A DNA stretch of 64,000 bases from Mobula hypostoma (taxonomy: Eukaryota), in NCBI RefSeq assembly GCF_963921235.1, contig NC_086097.1:225372001-225436000 (forward strand), written 5' to 3'. This document shows, one piece after another, positions 37,528-49,548 of the stretch. The translations under genes and the position numbers were made by a program. Position 1 is the first letter of the stretch. Each line of letters begins with the position of its first letter. The notes beneath the pieces were generated by a model. The model was not told the DNA's origin. It saw only the letters and a list, made by a program, of their open reading frames with translations, and ran no database searches.

Positions 37528-37798
37528 TCTTCTTCTTGAGCCCGTCACTCCTACTGGGGCTTAAGCCGCTGAGGCAACTCGTAGAAGTCCTCTATTCTGG
37601 GCCGAAGGTCGCTCGGTCCTTTGGCTTCCAATTTCACCACACGACCTCTAGGTGAAGATCCTTGCTCCCCCAGGGATGGGATCTTTCAAGTTTCTGTTGA
37701 TGTTTCTCTAGCAGTGGATTTTTACAGTATAAGTTTGCTAGCCCCATGACCAACCCTTCTCCTTTGCAGCTGGGTTTGGGACTGTCCATGGGGGAGTT
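37528..37798 (-). mobile_element. ~270-bp bipartite RTE-derived element beginning with a twister ribozyme relic
   Basis: The minus 3' end GCGGCTTAAGCCCCAGTAGGAGTGACGGGCTC(AAG)n is RTE-type and the 5' end is twister-like. No clear TSD. Confidence 0.7.
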
Positions 37799-37799
37799 A
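37750..37799 (-). ncRNA. Decayed type-P1 twister ribozyme (3' cleavage product)
   Basis: Minus strand TAA-CTCC-CC-CATGGA-CAG-TCCC-AA-AC-CCA-GCTGCAAA-GGAG-AA-GGG-TTGG aligns element by element with the twister layout UAA-P2-GC-..-P4-UCCC-AA-GC-P4'-..AAA-P2'-GA-GGG-P1'. Confidence 0.7.
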
Positions 37800-38129
37800 T
37801 ACACTAGTATTTGCAGTTAATCAAGTCATTCTGTTGAGAATCTATGGTGAGAAGTGCTTTATGTTTCTCTTTCATTTCCACAAGTTATGTTGCAAATATA
37901 TGTTTGAAGCAAACTAGAAATAATTTAAAACGTTAACTGCTTGCAGAAAGATAAGTTCCCCATGTTATAATTAGGTCAGAAAGTATTGGCTGTACAAAGC
38001 CTGTCTGAATGTTTGTCTCTCCACAATTAACCTCCTGTCTAGTTGAAAGTAAAAGAGATCAATGTGATAGATTCTGAACATTCTTACTTTCCCAATATAA
38101 GTATGACTAATTGATATGCAACTGGGTTA

Positions 38130-38265
38130 TGTCTCAGCATGGCTCAGGCGCAGCAATCTCAGTCCCCAGTGTAAAGGTTATAGGTTCAAGTCCCATTCCA
38201 GGACTTGAACAGATATTCAAAGCATTACCAAGGGTGTACTGTGCTGTCACTGGATTCTGTTTTAT
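38130..38265 (+). mobile_element. Ancient tRNA/Deu-type SINE 5' remnant
   Basis: B-box-like GGTTCAAGTCCC followed by ATTCCAGGACTTGA..AGGGTGTACTGTGCTGTC. Confidence 0.5.
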
Positions 38266-38889
38266 AAAGGACATCTTGGGCCAGGTCTTGTTAGAAAAAT
38301 AATGGTGTGTTAATTTTGCAAGTCCCCATTAATGTGCAAATTGGCTGGAGAATTCAAGGGATTAAGAGACAGGGCAAACCCTGCTGGTAGATTTACTCCG
38401 CTCTATTGTCTGTGTTGCACAAACAGCATCTAACTGTTGGCCTCATTATTTTTAAGAATTTGCAGGATTTGCACATTAATTGACCATTAAACTCACCACA
38501 AATAAAATCAGGTAATTAATTGCATAAGTAGTCTTTGAATTGCATGATATTTATTAATCTTATATCAATCAACTTCTTTCTTGCCCAGAAAGGAATATAA
38601 GCTATTTAATCACATTTCTTTATTTAAAGATTTGAAAGCCATAAAACATGTTATTAATTTTCTACCTTTTCATTGCTCTTTATTCCTCTCTTCATCCAAT
38701 CCTTTCTTACCTTTCTCTATTTCTGATTTGATTTCAATCTGTCTTCCTTTTCTGCCATCTCTCCATTTCTTGCTCAGTTCTACTGATTGCAGGCCGAGAT
38801 GTCCTTTTCACCTCTGAACTTCCAGCAGCTCACAGTCCAAAGTATCCACCTGTTGGAGGATGCAGCAGCAAGGCTATTCAGACTGTGAG

Positions 38890-39215
38890 GGCATTATAGT
38901 GTCACGGTTAGTGCATCGCTTTACAGCGCTGGTGATAGCTGATCGGGATTCAATTCCTGCTGCTGTCTGTAATTGGTTTGTACATTCTCCTTGTGAACTT
39001 GTGCATTTCCTCCAGGTGATCCGGTTTCCCCCCACGTTCCAATAATGTACAGCTTAGGGTTAATAAGCTGTTGTCATGGCATGTTGGCCCTGAAAGCATG
39101 GTGACAATTGCAGGCCTGACGAGCACAATCCTCACTGGTATGACGACGCAAATGGCGCATTTCACTGTATGTTTTGATGTTTCAATGCACACGTGATAAA
39201 TAAACCTAATCTTTG
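38890..39215 (+). mobile_element. V-domain tRNA SINE with a LINE-derived tail
   Basis: tRNA-like head (GGATTCAATTCC), V-domain TTTGTACATTCTCC..TTTCCTCCAGGTGATCCGGTTTCC and tail GTGATAAATAAACCTAATCTTT. Confidence 0.8.
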
Positions 39216-39506
39216 TTTTTATAAAAATCAATGGTTCAATGGACTCTCGGGTGAGGTCGCCCAAATGTTCAAAAAAATTTGCCAATTCAGGTCAATGAGA
39301 AAGAACCTGAGGTACTTTATTTTCTAGGAAATTGTATTGAAACATCCAGAGAATATAAAACACTGAAGTCCATTCATTAAACTTACTTAGCTTAGATTCT
39401 GTAAGGAAGTACACTCTATTTCAGGAAGGTAGAGAGTTTGGGTTTTCTTGTATCACTGTACTTACTCTCAGAGTCCGATCTACAATGGAGTGGTTGAATT
39501 TGTTGC

Positions 39507-39719
39507 CAACACTCACAACACGCTGGAGGAACTCAGCACGTTGGGCAGCATCCGTGGAAAAGATCAGTCGACGTTTCGGGCCGGAACCCTTCGTCCTGAT
39601 GAAGGGTTCCGGACCGAAAAGTCGACTGATCTTTTCCACGGATGCTGCCCGACCTGCTGAGTTCCTCCAGCGTGTTGTGAGTGTTGCTTTGATCCCAGCA
39701 TCTGCAGAATATTTTGTGT
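39507..39719. mobile_element. Palindromic Penelope-like mini-insertion: two inverted 89-bp pLTR arms plus a 33-bp tail, 13-bp TSD
   Basis: Arms at 39507-39595 and 39598-39686 (5 mismatches), tail at 39687-39719. Exact TSD TTGAATTTGTTGC at 39494-39506 and 39720-39732. Confidence 0.9.
39593..39626 (+). ncRNA. Minimal type-I hammerhead ribozyme motif
   Basis: GTC-CTGATGA-AGGGTTCCGGACC-GAAA-AG-TC-GAC: stem I GTC/GAC, core CTGATGA and GAAA, stem II GGT/ACC, cleavage after TC. The stem III palindrome ACGT is mutated to AAGT on this arm. Confidence 0.7.
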
Positions 39720-40220
39720 TTGAATTTGTTGCTGGTGTCCAATTACCCTAGGAAGACTGTGGAATATCTAGTTCTTGAAAGTGATTTGTGTGGTGTGAAC
39801 AAGTGTAAGGACAATGTTGAAGACCAGTCCTATAATTCTGCCTGGCACTCATAGATAGTTGCACATACACTCTCAATGCATACTGTGGAAGGCAGCTTGG
39901 CACAGTGATCTCACATACTTAAGAAGGTCTGCAGCCAGTAGAGTGGCGCAGGGTTGCTGGTGAATCAAAACACCGAGGATGTCAGTGAGAGGGAATCTGA
40001 AGATGGCCGTTGCTGTGGCATGTCTGAACTAGGTAGTTAAACTTTGCTTTGTTGGTCATTGCTTGTTATTTGGATGGACTCACAAGTTCAAACCTAAATG
40101 TTCTCTAGGTCTTGTTGCATGGAAGCAAGGATTGATTTACTTGTTTAGAAGGAGATGATGGAATTTAGGTTTCCCGTCATTAGAAATGCAATGCAATTAT
40201 TGCTTCCTAACTGCTCAGCT

Positions 40221-42180
40221 TGATTTGAATTGACTTTATTTCTTACATCCTTCACATACAGGAAGAGTAAAACTCTTAATGTCTTGTCCCCATCTTAATG
40301 TGCAATATACAATTTATATTAATTTGTAATAAATAATATGTACAACAGGACAAGTCAATATAGCATAGAAATACAATTGTATCAGCGTGAATTAATCAGT
40401 CTGATGGCCTGGTGGAAGAAGCTGTCCCGGAGCCTGTTGGTTCTGGCTTTTATGCTGTGGTACTGTTTCCTGGATGGCAGCAGCTGGAACAGTTTGTGGT
40501 TGGGATGACTTGGGTCTCCAATGATCCTTCGGGCCCTTTTTACGCACCTGTCTCTGTAAAAGTCCTGAATAGTGGGAAGTTCACATCGACAGATGCGCTG
40601 GGCCGTCCCACCGCTCTCTGCAGAGTCCTAAGATTGAGGGAGTACAGTTCCCATAGCAGGTAATGATACAGCCAGTCAGGATGCTCTCAATTGTGGCGTA
40701 GAAAGTCCTTAGGCTTCGGGGACTCATGCCAAACTTCTTCAACCGTCAGAGGTGAAAGAGGCGCTGTTGTGCTCTTAAAGCTGTTCACCCTCTCAACTCC
40801 AGATTGATGTCAATAGGGGTTAGCCTGTTTCCATTCCTCCTGTAGTCCTCAACCAGCTCCTTTGGTTTTGTGACATTGAGGGAGAGTTTGTTTTCTTGAC
40901 ACCACTGTGTCAGGGTGACAATTTCTTCTGTGTAGGCTGCCTCGTTATTATTTGAGATAGGGCCCATCAATGTAGTATCATCAGCCATTTTAATTACCAG
41001 ATTGGAGCTGTGGGTGGTGACATGGTCATGGGTATACAGAGAGTAAAGGAGAAGGTTTAGGACACAGCCCTGAGAAGCACTATGTTGAGACTCAGAGGGG
41101 CAGAGATGAGGGAGCCCATTGTTACCACCTGCTGGCGATCTGACAGGATCCAGCTGCACAAAGCAGGATGAAGCCTGAGGCCTCTGAGCTTCTTGTCGAG
41201 CCTGGGGGGAATTATAGTGTTGAATGTTGAACTGCAGTCCAGGAACTGTATTCTCTCACAAGCATCCTTCTTCTCCAGATGTGTAAGGATGGTGTGTAGA
41301 GCTGTGGCTATTACGACATCTATTGATCGATTGTGTCAGTAGGTGAATTGTAGGGGGTCAAATGTGGGTGACAACATGCTGCAGATGTAGTCCTTGACCA
41401 GCCTCTCAAAGCATCTGCTCATTTTTGAGGTGAGTGCAACAGGACGCCAGTAGTTCAGACATGTTACCTTGATCTTCTTAAGTACAGGGAAATGTGGATA
41501 ATTTGAAGCAGGAGAGCACCAAGTCTGTGATGGTGTGCAGAACCTGCCATAAGCTGCATGTGTTGTTGGTGGAGAGTTGTGTCTTGATCCTGTCCCTGTA
41601 CTGTCATTTCACTGCCTTGATGACTTTGTGTAGATCATAGCTGCATTTCTCGAGTTCCTGTTGGTTACCAGCAATGTAAGCTCTGTGTCACGCAGTAAAT
41701 GCTGCTCACATGGAACTGATGATCCAGGGTTTCTGGCTTAGCTAGACCCTGACCAATTTCTGGGGGACAACATCCTCGATGCACTTTCAGATGAAACTCT
41801 TGACCCCTTCCGTGAACACGGAGACATCCTCATTATGAAAGGCATTCCAGTTGATATCATCAAAGCAGTCCTGTAGCTTGAAGACTGATTGGTTGGACCA
41901 ATAGTGGACGGTTTTAACTATGGCCGCCTCTTGTCTCAGCTTCTGCTTGTACATCGGCAGAAGCAAGATGGATGAGTGATCTGACTTTCCAAACGGTGGA
42001 AGGTGGAGTGCTTTGTAAGCATTACGGAATGGAGAGTAGCAGTGCTTGAGTATGCTATCTCCCCACGTCCTCACCTGGATGTGTTGACCAACCTTTGGGG
42101 AGACTTTAGACAGCTACGCTCTATTAGTGTCACAGGCGACGATAAAGGCAGCCTCTGGATGTGCAGTCTCCAGGGCAATG
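40221..42180 (-). mobile_element. Rex1/Babar LINE with internal deletions (endonuclease C-terminus to 3' tail)
   Basis: Minus ORFs give HCYSPFRNAYKALHLPPFGKSDHSSILLLP and [24 protein letters not shown]. The 3'UTR matches 21520-21680 and 55080-55265. Confidence 0.9.
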
Positions 42181-42419
42181 AGGGGTGTCCAACATCTTCT
42201 TCAATGACTTCAGCCTAAGTCCAGAATCTGGAAAACGATGCTGGAGAGGTAGTAACGGGGGACAAGAAAAGCACTAGAGGCAGACTGAAGACTGCAGCAG
42301 CAGTAGTGAAGACCAAGAAGGTATGGACAGGGGAAGCACAGTAGTTCTTACAGAACTGCTTTGAACTGGTGGACTGAACAGTATTCAGGGATTAATCTTT
42401 GAATCTGGATGAGGATACA

Positions 42420-42578
42420 ATAGGGTCTTCTAAGAGCCTCTTAGATTGGTACATGGAGTTCAGAAAAGTAGAGGGCTATACACTAGGGTAATTCTAGGCA
42501 GTTTCTAGAGTAGGTTACATGGTCGGCACAACATTGCGGCCGAAGGGCCTGTACTGTGCTGTAAATTTCTCTGTTCTG
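42420..42578 (+). mobile_element. Short CR1 3'-end fragment nested in a Rex LINE
   Basis: GGTCGGCACAACATTGCGGCCGAAGGGCCTGTACTGTGCTGTAAATTTCTCTGTTCT CR1-type 3' hairpin and tail. Confidence 0.75.
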
Positions 42579-44466
42579 TGAGTCTGCCACAATTGTTACT
42601 GACTTCATTAAAACTTGTATCAATGAGTGTGTGCCCACGAACACGATGTACATTCCCAAACCAAAAGCTGTGCATGAACCAGGAAGTTCATTGTCTGCTG
42701 AGGACTAGATTGGAGGCATTTATGTCTGGTGATCTTTGTCAGTATAAGAAAACCAGGTATGACTTGCAGAGAGCTGTTTCAAGAGCAAAGAAACAATTCT
42801 GAATGAGGTTGGAGGCGACATTAGATGCATGTAAACTCTGGCAGGGTTTGCAGGACATTACTTCCTACAAGGTGAAACCCAAAGCATGAATGGCAGTGAT
42901 GCTTCACTACCAAATGTGCGCAATATCTCTATGCCTGCTTTGAAAAGCAGAATATAACTACAGCTGTGAAGATCCCTGCTGCACCCAATGACCCTGTGAT
43001 CTCTGTCTCAAAGGCTGATGTCAGGCTGTCTTTATCTCAAGGTAGCAGGTCCCAATGGAGTACCTGGTAAAGTTCTGAAAACTTTCGCCAACAGAATGAC
43101 GGGAGTATCCAAGGAAATTTTCCACCTCTCACTGCTATGGTTGAAAGTTACCAACTGCTTCAAAGAGGCAACAATTATAAGAAGAATAACGTGAACTGCC
43201 TTAATGATTATCACCCAGTGGCACCTACATCTACAGTGATGTAATGGTTTAAGAGGTTGGTCATATTTAGAATGAGCTCCTGATTCAGCAAGGACCTGAA
43301 TGCCCTGCAGGACCTTGCCACAATAGGTCTACTGCAGACACAATCTCAATGGCTCTTCACATGGCCTTAGATCACCTGGACACCTAATGACAGGATACTG
43401 TTTGTTGACTATAGTTCAGCATTTTACACCATCATTTCCACAATCCTGATTGAGAAGTTGCAGAACCTGAACCTCTGTACCTCCCTCTATAATTGGATCC
43501 TTGACTTCCTAACCAGAAGACCTCAATCTGGGCTGATTGGTGATAATATCTCTTCCTCGCTGAGGATTAACACTAGTGCACCTCAGGGGTGTCTGCTTAG
43601 CCCACTGCTCTACTCCCTCTATGCTCATGAGTGTGTGGGTAGGTATAGCTCAAATACCATCTATAAATTTGCTGCTGGTGTAACCATTGTTGGTAGAATC
43701 TCAGATGGAAATGAGATGGAATACAAGAGCGAGATATACCAGCTAGTTGAGTGGTATCACAGCAACAGCCTTACACTCAATGTCAGTAGATGAAAAAGCT
43801 GACTATGGACCAGGAAGGGTAAGATGAGGGAACACAAACCAATCCTTAGAAGGATCAGAACTGAGAGAGTGACCAATTTCAAGTTCCTGAGTGTCACGAT
43901 TTCTGAGGATTTAATGGGTTCCAACTATCGATGCAACTGTAAAAAAGGCAAGACAGCAGCCATATTTCATTTGGAGTTTGAAGAGATTTGATTTGCCACC
44001 TAAAACACACAAAAATTTCTATAGAAGTACCACGGAGAGCATTCTGACAGGCTGTATACTGTCTGGTATAGGGGTGGGGTGTTGGAGCTGCTGCACAGGA
44101 CTGAAAGAAGCTACAGAAAGTCATAAGATTAGTCAGCTCCATCTTGGGTACTAGCCTCCATCGTACCCAAGACATCTTCAAGCAACAGTGCCTCAGGAAG
44201 GCAACGTCCGCTATTAAAGACCCCCAACATCCAGGGCATGCCTTCTTCTCATTATTGCCATCAGAAAGGAGGTACGGAAGTCTGAAGGCACACACTCAGT
44301 GATTCAGGAATAGCTTCTTCCCCTCTGCCATATAATTCCTAAATGGACATTGAACCCATGAACACCACCTCTTTAATATATATATATATATAATTGCTAT
44401 TTTAGCACTGTTTTTAATCAATTCAATATAAATATATATACCTAATGTAATTGATTAATTAATTAA

Positions 44467-44956
44467 TTTACAAGAATGATTCTAGGAATGAAAGGGTTAC
44501 TGTATGAGGAACGTCTGGCAGCTCTTGGGCTGTATTCCCTGGAGTTCAGGAGAATGAGGGGGGATCTCATAGAAACTTTCTGAATGTTAAAAGGCCTGAA
44601 CAGATTAGTTATGGCAAAGTTATTTCCCATGTAGGGGATTCTAGGACAAGAGGCCATGACTTTAGAATTGAAGGACGTCCATTTAGAACTGAGATGTGGA
44701 GAAATTACTTTAGTCAGAGGGTGGTAAATCTGTGGAATTTGTTGCCACGAGCGGCTGTGCAGGCCAAATCATTGGATGCATTTAATGCAGAGATAGACAG
44801 GTTCTTGATTAGCTAGGGCATCAAAGGGTATTGGGTGAAGGCAGGGGAATGGAGATGACTGGAAGAATTGGATCAGCCCATGATTGAATGGCGGAGCAGA
44901 CTTGATGGGCTAAATGGCCTACTTCTGCTCCTATATCTTATGGTCTTACGGTCTTA
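44467..44956 (+). mobile_element. CR1 3' fragment nested in a Rex 3'UTR
   Basis: Encodes RMILGMKGLLYEERLAALGLYSLEFRRMRGDLIET, with tail TATCTTATGGTCTTACGGTCTTA. Confidence 0.9.
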
Positions 44957-45057
44957 TTTTTCCTTTCTATATTATCATGTTTTGCATTGATCTGCTGCTG
45001 CTAAGTTAACAAATTTCACGACACATGCCGTGATAATAAACCTGAATCTGATTCTGA

Positions 45058-46030
45058 AACACTTGAAAACTTCTATAAATGTACCATGGAGGGCATTCTG
45101 ACAGGCTGCATCACTGTCTGGTATGGGTGGCTAACTGCACACCAAAAGAAGCTACAGAAAGTTGTAAACTCAGTCAGCTCCGTCTTGGGTACTGGCCTCC
45201 TTAGTGTCCAAGGCATCTTCAAGGATTGCACCAAATAACATTGAACCCATTAACACGACCTCACTTTTTAAATTATATATTATTTCTGTTTTTGCACTAT
45301 TTTTAATCTATTTGATATTCATATATGTACTTACTGTAAATTATTTATTTATTCTTACTAAATTATTATGTAAATTATCATATCCTTACTAAATTTTCAT
45401 GTATTGCATTGAACTTGCTGTTAACAAATTTCATGACGTGATAATGAACCTGATTCTGATTCTGAATTTGAATTGATACCACTCAACCAGCTGATCTATC
45501 TTACCCCTGTGTGGCACTGCCAAGAAACCTTTACTTCCTTGGGAGACTAAAGAAATTTTCATCTCCCTTTTGACCCTCACAATATTTACTGGTACTCCAA
45601 CCTGGATGCACCACAGTTTGGTATGGCAACCGCTCTGCCCATGACCACAGGAAGCTGCAGAGAGCTGTGGACACAGCTCAGCACATCACTGAAACCAGCC
45701 TGCCCTCCATGGACTTTGCCAACACTTCTCGCTACCTCAGTAAAGTAGATAGCATAACCAAAGATCCCACCCACCTCAGATTTCCTCTCTTCTCCCCTCT
45801 TCCACTGGTCAGAAGATAATATGCATAATACGATAGTCATTTGACCTTGTTATGACCATGTGACATTGTCAACCTGCACTGCACTTTCTCTGTAACTGTA
45901 ACACTTTATTCTGAACTCTGTCATTGCTTTACCTTGTACTACCTCAATGCATTGTTGACATAAAGTGATATGTGTAGATGGTATGCAAGGCTGTACCTCA
46001 GTACATACAATAATAATAAACCAATTTACC
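45058..46030 (+). mobile_element. Two further Rex1/Babar 3' fragments (45058-45465 and 45590-46030)
   Basis: Repeats of the CATTCTGACAGGCTGCATCACTGTCTGGTATGG / AAGCTGCAGAGAGCTGTGGACACAGC segments with their tails. Confidence 0.75.
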
Positions 46031-47142
46031 CTGGAGATAACACAGTGACTCAAAAATGAATGCAGTGAAGAGTCAAAGACTGCCAACAGGACTTGAGTCT
46101 TCAGTAATATGCGATTTTGGGAATGTTGCAGGTCGGGAAGATGTTGAAGGACTGATATTACTTCTGGTTGCTGTGTATCTCAGAACTGTACTCTGTTATC
46201 TCCAAGGCAACGTGAAGACACTCTGTTTGATCTTGCCCCACTAGGAAGTCTGAAATCCTAATATGTACCCATAATCTAACTCCAATGCCTCTTTACCCAA
46301 AAAGGAGACACATTCAGCTCTCCTTGAATACTCAATGTTGGGCCAACAGCAACCATGAGGTGCTTCCAGCAGCACACCAGAAATATTCAGGCTTGTAGTA
46401 ATTCTGGACAATGCATCAGTGACTTTCACTACCATTGCAAGCCTTTTTGTGTCAATGCAGAAAGAGGTACTTATCTGTGCAGACCATTTTAGGGAGGTAA
46501 AATGCCGCCAAGTATTGGTCCCTGCTCAGGAGTACTGCTAGAATTTTGAATTGTGGTCCTTCCTTCCACTAAACTTTATCCACAACTTCATACTCCCTAT
46601 TCTAGAAGGCAGCTTTTCCTGTGAAACTGTTCTCTTTTTTTCTCTGCAAGAATAAAAGTCTATTGTTCCAACTATGAAATTCTTAATTTCAAGATGGATG
46701 TATCTTGACTCAATTTTCAACTATGGCATTCTCTGACAACTGCTGAGGATTCAACATCATCAAGCAACCAGACACCATAAAACAGAGATAACCAGTACTA
46801 CTTCTAAACATCTGCCAGCAAATAATTGAGGATTTCTTTAAATATCATAGGTCCTGATTAGAAATTGATTCTCCACATGACATGTCCAGCACTGATTGTT
46901 CTCACTTTGGTTGTGTAATAGACAACTGCTACCCATTTGACATCATGATATGACCATTTATAATTCTGGCAAGGACAGGCATTGAAGGAACAATCACACT
47001 ACTACTTAACAGGAAAGGCCAGCCATGATAATAACATGCATGCAATTTGTGCAAGAAATGCGGGCCAAATTGGTACCTGGTACTTCAACCTTTGAGAAAC
47101 CAAATTTCTTCTGTAAACTTTATTCTCTCGATGAAAGTCTCA

Positions 47143-47720
47143 AAATTCAAAGGTTCAAAGTAAATTTATTATCAAAGTACATATATGTCACCATACACAA
47201 CCCTGAGATTCATTTTCTTGTGGTCAAACTGAATAAATCCATAATAGAATCAATGAAAGGCTGAACCAACTTGGGCATTCAACCAATGTGCAAAAGACAA
47301 TAAATTCCGCAAGTACATATGCAATAAATAAATAAATAAGCAATAAATATGAGAACATGAGATGAAGAGTCCTTGAAAGTGAGTCCATTGCTTATGGCAA
47401 CATTTCAATAATAGGGCAAGTGAATATGAGTGAAGTTATCCTCTGTGATTCAAGAGCCTAATGACCGAGGATAATAACTGTACCTGAACCAAGTCCTTTT
47501 CTCACTGCTGTCCTAGTTAGTGGGAGTCCCTGATTTCCTGTGACAGCACTCTTTGTAGATGTGCTCAATGGTGGGAACAGCTTTACCTTTGATGGACTGG
47601 GCCATGTCTACTACTCTTTGCAGGATTTTTCATTCATGTACATCGGTATTTCCATACAAGGTTGTGAAGCAGCCAGTCGATAAACTTTCCACTACACGTC
47701 TGTAGAAGTTTGCCAAAGTC
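47143..47720 (-). mobile_element. Rex1/Babar LINE 3' fragment
   Basis: TTCAAAGTAAATTTATTATCAAAGTACATATATGTCACCAT is the reverse complement of the tail at 29765-29810. Confidence 0.8.
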
Positions 47721-47944
47721 TCATTGCACCCTCTGTATATTGCATATTTCAGTTCTTTAGATTGAACATAAAACAGTACAGCACAGGCAAAGGCCCTTCA
47801 GCCCACGATATCTGTGTTGACCATGATTCCAAATTGAACTTTGTGGTTTAACTTCTGAGTGCCATGTTTTCATCTCTTATACGTATCCCAAAATTGAGCT
47901 TCCTCCAAGCTTCTGATAATATTTACGGCCAAAACATAGGAATA

Positions 47945-48190
47945 AGCATCATTGTAGCGTAGTGGTTAGTGTGACACTATTACAGCTGGAGTTCAGAGTT
48001 CATTTCTGGAGTCCTCTGTAAGAAGTTTGTATGTCCTTCCCATGAGTGTGTGGGCTTCCTCCCACTGTCCAAAGGTGGTTTGTAGGTTAATTGGTCATTG
48101 TTAATTGTCCTGTAACTAGGCTAGGGTTAAATAGTTGGATTGCTGGTTGTTATAACTCATTTGGCCAGAAGGGCCGGTTCCACACTGTAG
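47945..48190 (+). mobile_element. V-domain tRNA SINE
   Basis: A-box-like TAGCGTAGTGG, V-domain AAGTTTGTATGTCCTTCCCATGAGTGTGTGGG and a CR1-type tail GGCCAGAAGGGCC. Confidence 0.75.
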
Positions 48191-48329
48191 GAGCCATGTA
48201 TTCTGAGCTGTGCGATTATTATGCTTATGATGGGAACTAGTTACATCAGTGGGGGGACAAGTAAAAGTGAAGGGGTTAAGTTACGTATTCATGCTTATTT
48301 CACGGCAGTTCATAGCTTTTGAACGTGGA

Positions 48330-49253
48330 GATAATATCTTCGTTGGAATTGATGGCTTTCTTGCAAAGTTTGCAGACAATATGAAGACGGGTGAAGGGGT
48401 AGGTAGTTTTGAGCAAGTAAATAAGCTACTGAAGGACTTAGACAGATTAAGAAAATGGGCAAAAAAGTGGTAGATGGAATACAGTGTTGTGAAGTATATG
48501 GTCATGTACTTTGGTAGAGGAAATGAAAGGGATGACATTTTTCTAAATGGAGAGCAAATACAAAAATACTGAGGTGCAGCCAGATGTGGAATCCTTGAAC
48601 ATGATTCCCTAATGATTAATTTGTAGATTGATTAAGGAAGGCAAATGCAATGTTAGAATATAAAAGCAAGGATGTAATGTTGAGACCTTATAAAGAAATG
48701 GTGAGGCCTTATTTGGTGTATTGTGAGCAGTTTTGGGCCCCTTATCTTAGTAAGGATCTGCTGAAACTAGTGAGGGTTCAAAGGAGGTCCATGAAAATGA
48801 TTCGAAGTTTGTCGAATGAAGAGCGTTTGATGGCTTAGGGTGTGTATTCACTAGAATTCAGAAGAATGAGGGGTGACCTCATTGAAACCTATTGAATAAT
48901 GAAAGGCCTTGATAGAGTAGATGTGGAGAAGATGTTTCCTATGGTGGCAGAGTCTCAGACCAAAGGACACAGCCCAGAATAGAGGAGTGTCTTTGTAGAA
49001 CGGAGATGAGGAGGAATTTCTTTAGCCAGAGAATGGTGAATCTGTGGAATTCTTTGCCACAGCCAGCTATGGAGGCCAAGGCTTTATGTATATTTAAGGC
49101 AGAGGTTGACTGATTCTTGTTTGGTTGGGATATAAAGGGATATGGGGAGAAGACAGAAGATTGGTGCAGAGAGGAAAATTGGATCAGCCATGGTGAAATG
49201 GTGGACTCGATTGGCCAAATGGTTTAATTCTGCTCCTATATTTTATGGTCTTA
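48330..49253 (+). mobile_element. CR1 LINE 3' fragment
   Basis: ORFs give GFLAKFADNMK..KDLDRLRKWAKKW and VRPYLVYCEQFWAPYL. TATGGTCTT tail. Confidence 0.9.
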
Positions 49254-49548
49254 TAATGTTTAATTGTATATTTTCTCACTGCTAATAAAGGAATGAAATA
49301 AGGAATTCAACACTTTAGAGCAATCATTGGAGTTGTGGGTGTGTATTACAAGCATAACAACTCTCGGCTTGTAGGCTGTGGCAACTTTCTTGTTCTTCTG
49401 ATTTTGGATCCATTTTTGCCGCTATGCACACTGTATCTCTAAATAAATGAAAATAAACAAATTACTGATCAACATGCTTGGACCTTAAATCAATGCAAAG
49501 CCTGTTTGTGAATAGTTCATTTGATATATCTGCACAATACATGCAAAA

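Larger units (their letters stand above)
42290..45056 (+). mobile_element. Rex1/Babar LINE (second subfamily), degraded, carrying two nested CR1 3' fragments
   Basis: ORFs 42578-42802 and 43458-43793 ([29 protein letters not shown]). Tail GATAATAAACCTGAATCTGATTCTGA near 45032-45056. Confidence 0.9.

Noticed and set aside
39421..39751. Mirror-image ORFs on both strands; CRISPR-like or pre-miRNA interpretation
   Set aside because: The ORFs result from the palindrome. There is no repeat-spacer array, and the arms are explained by Penelope pLTR homology with other copies in the window.
42180..42290. Head-to-head Rex LINEs as one twin-primed inversion
   Set aside because: Both halves cover overlapping parts of the ORF and have different 3'UTR subfamilies, so they are independent insertions.
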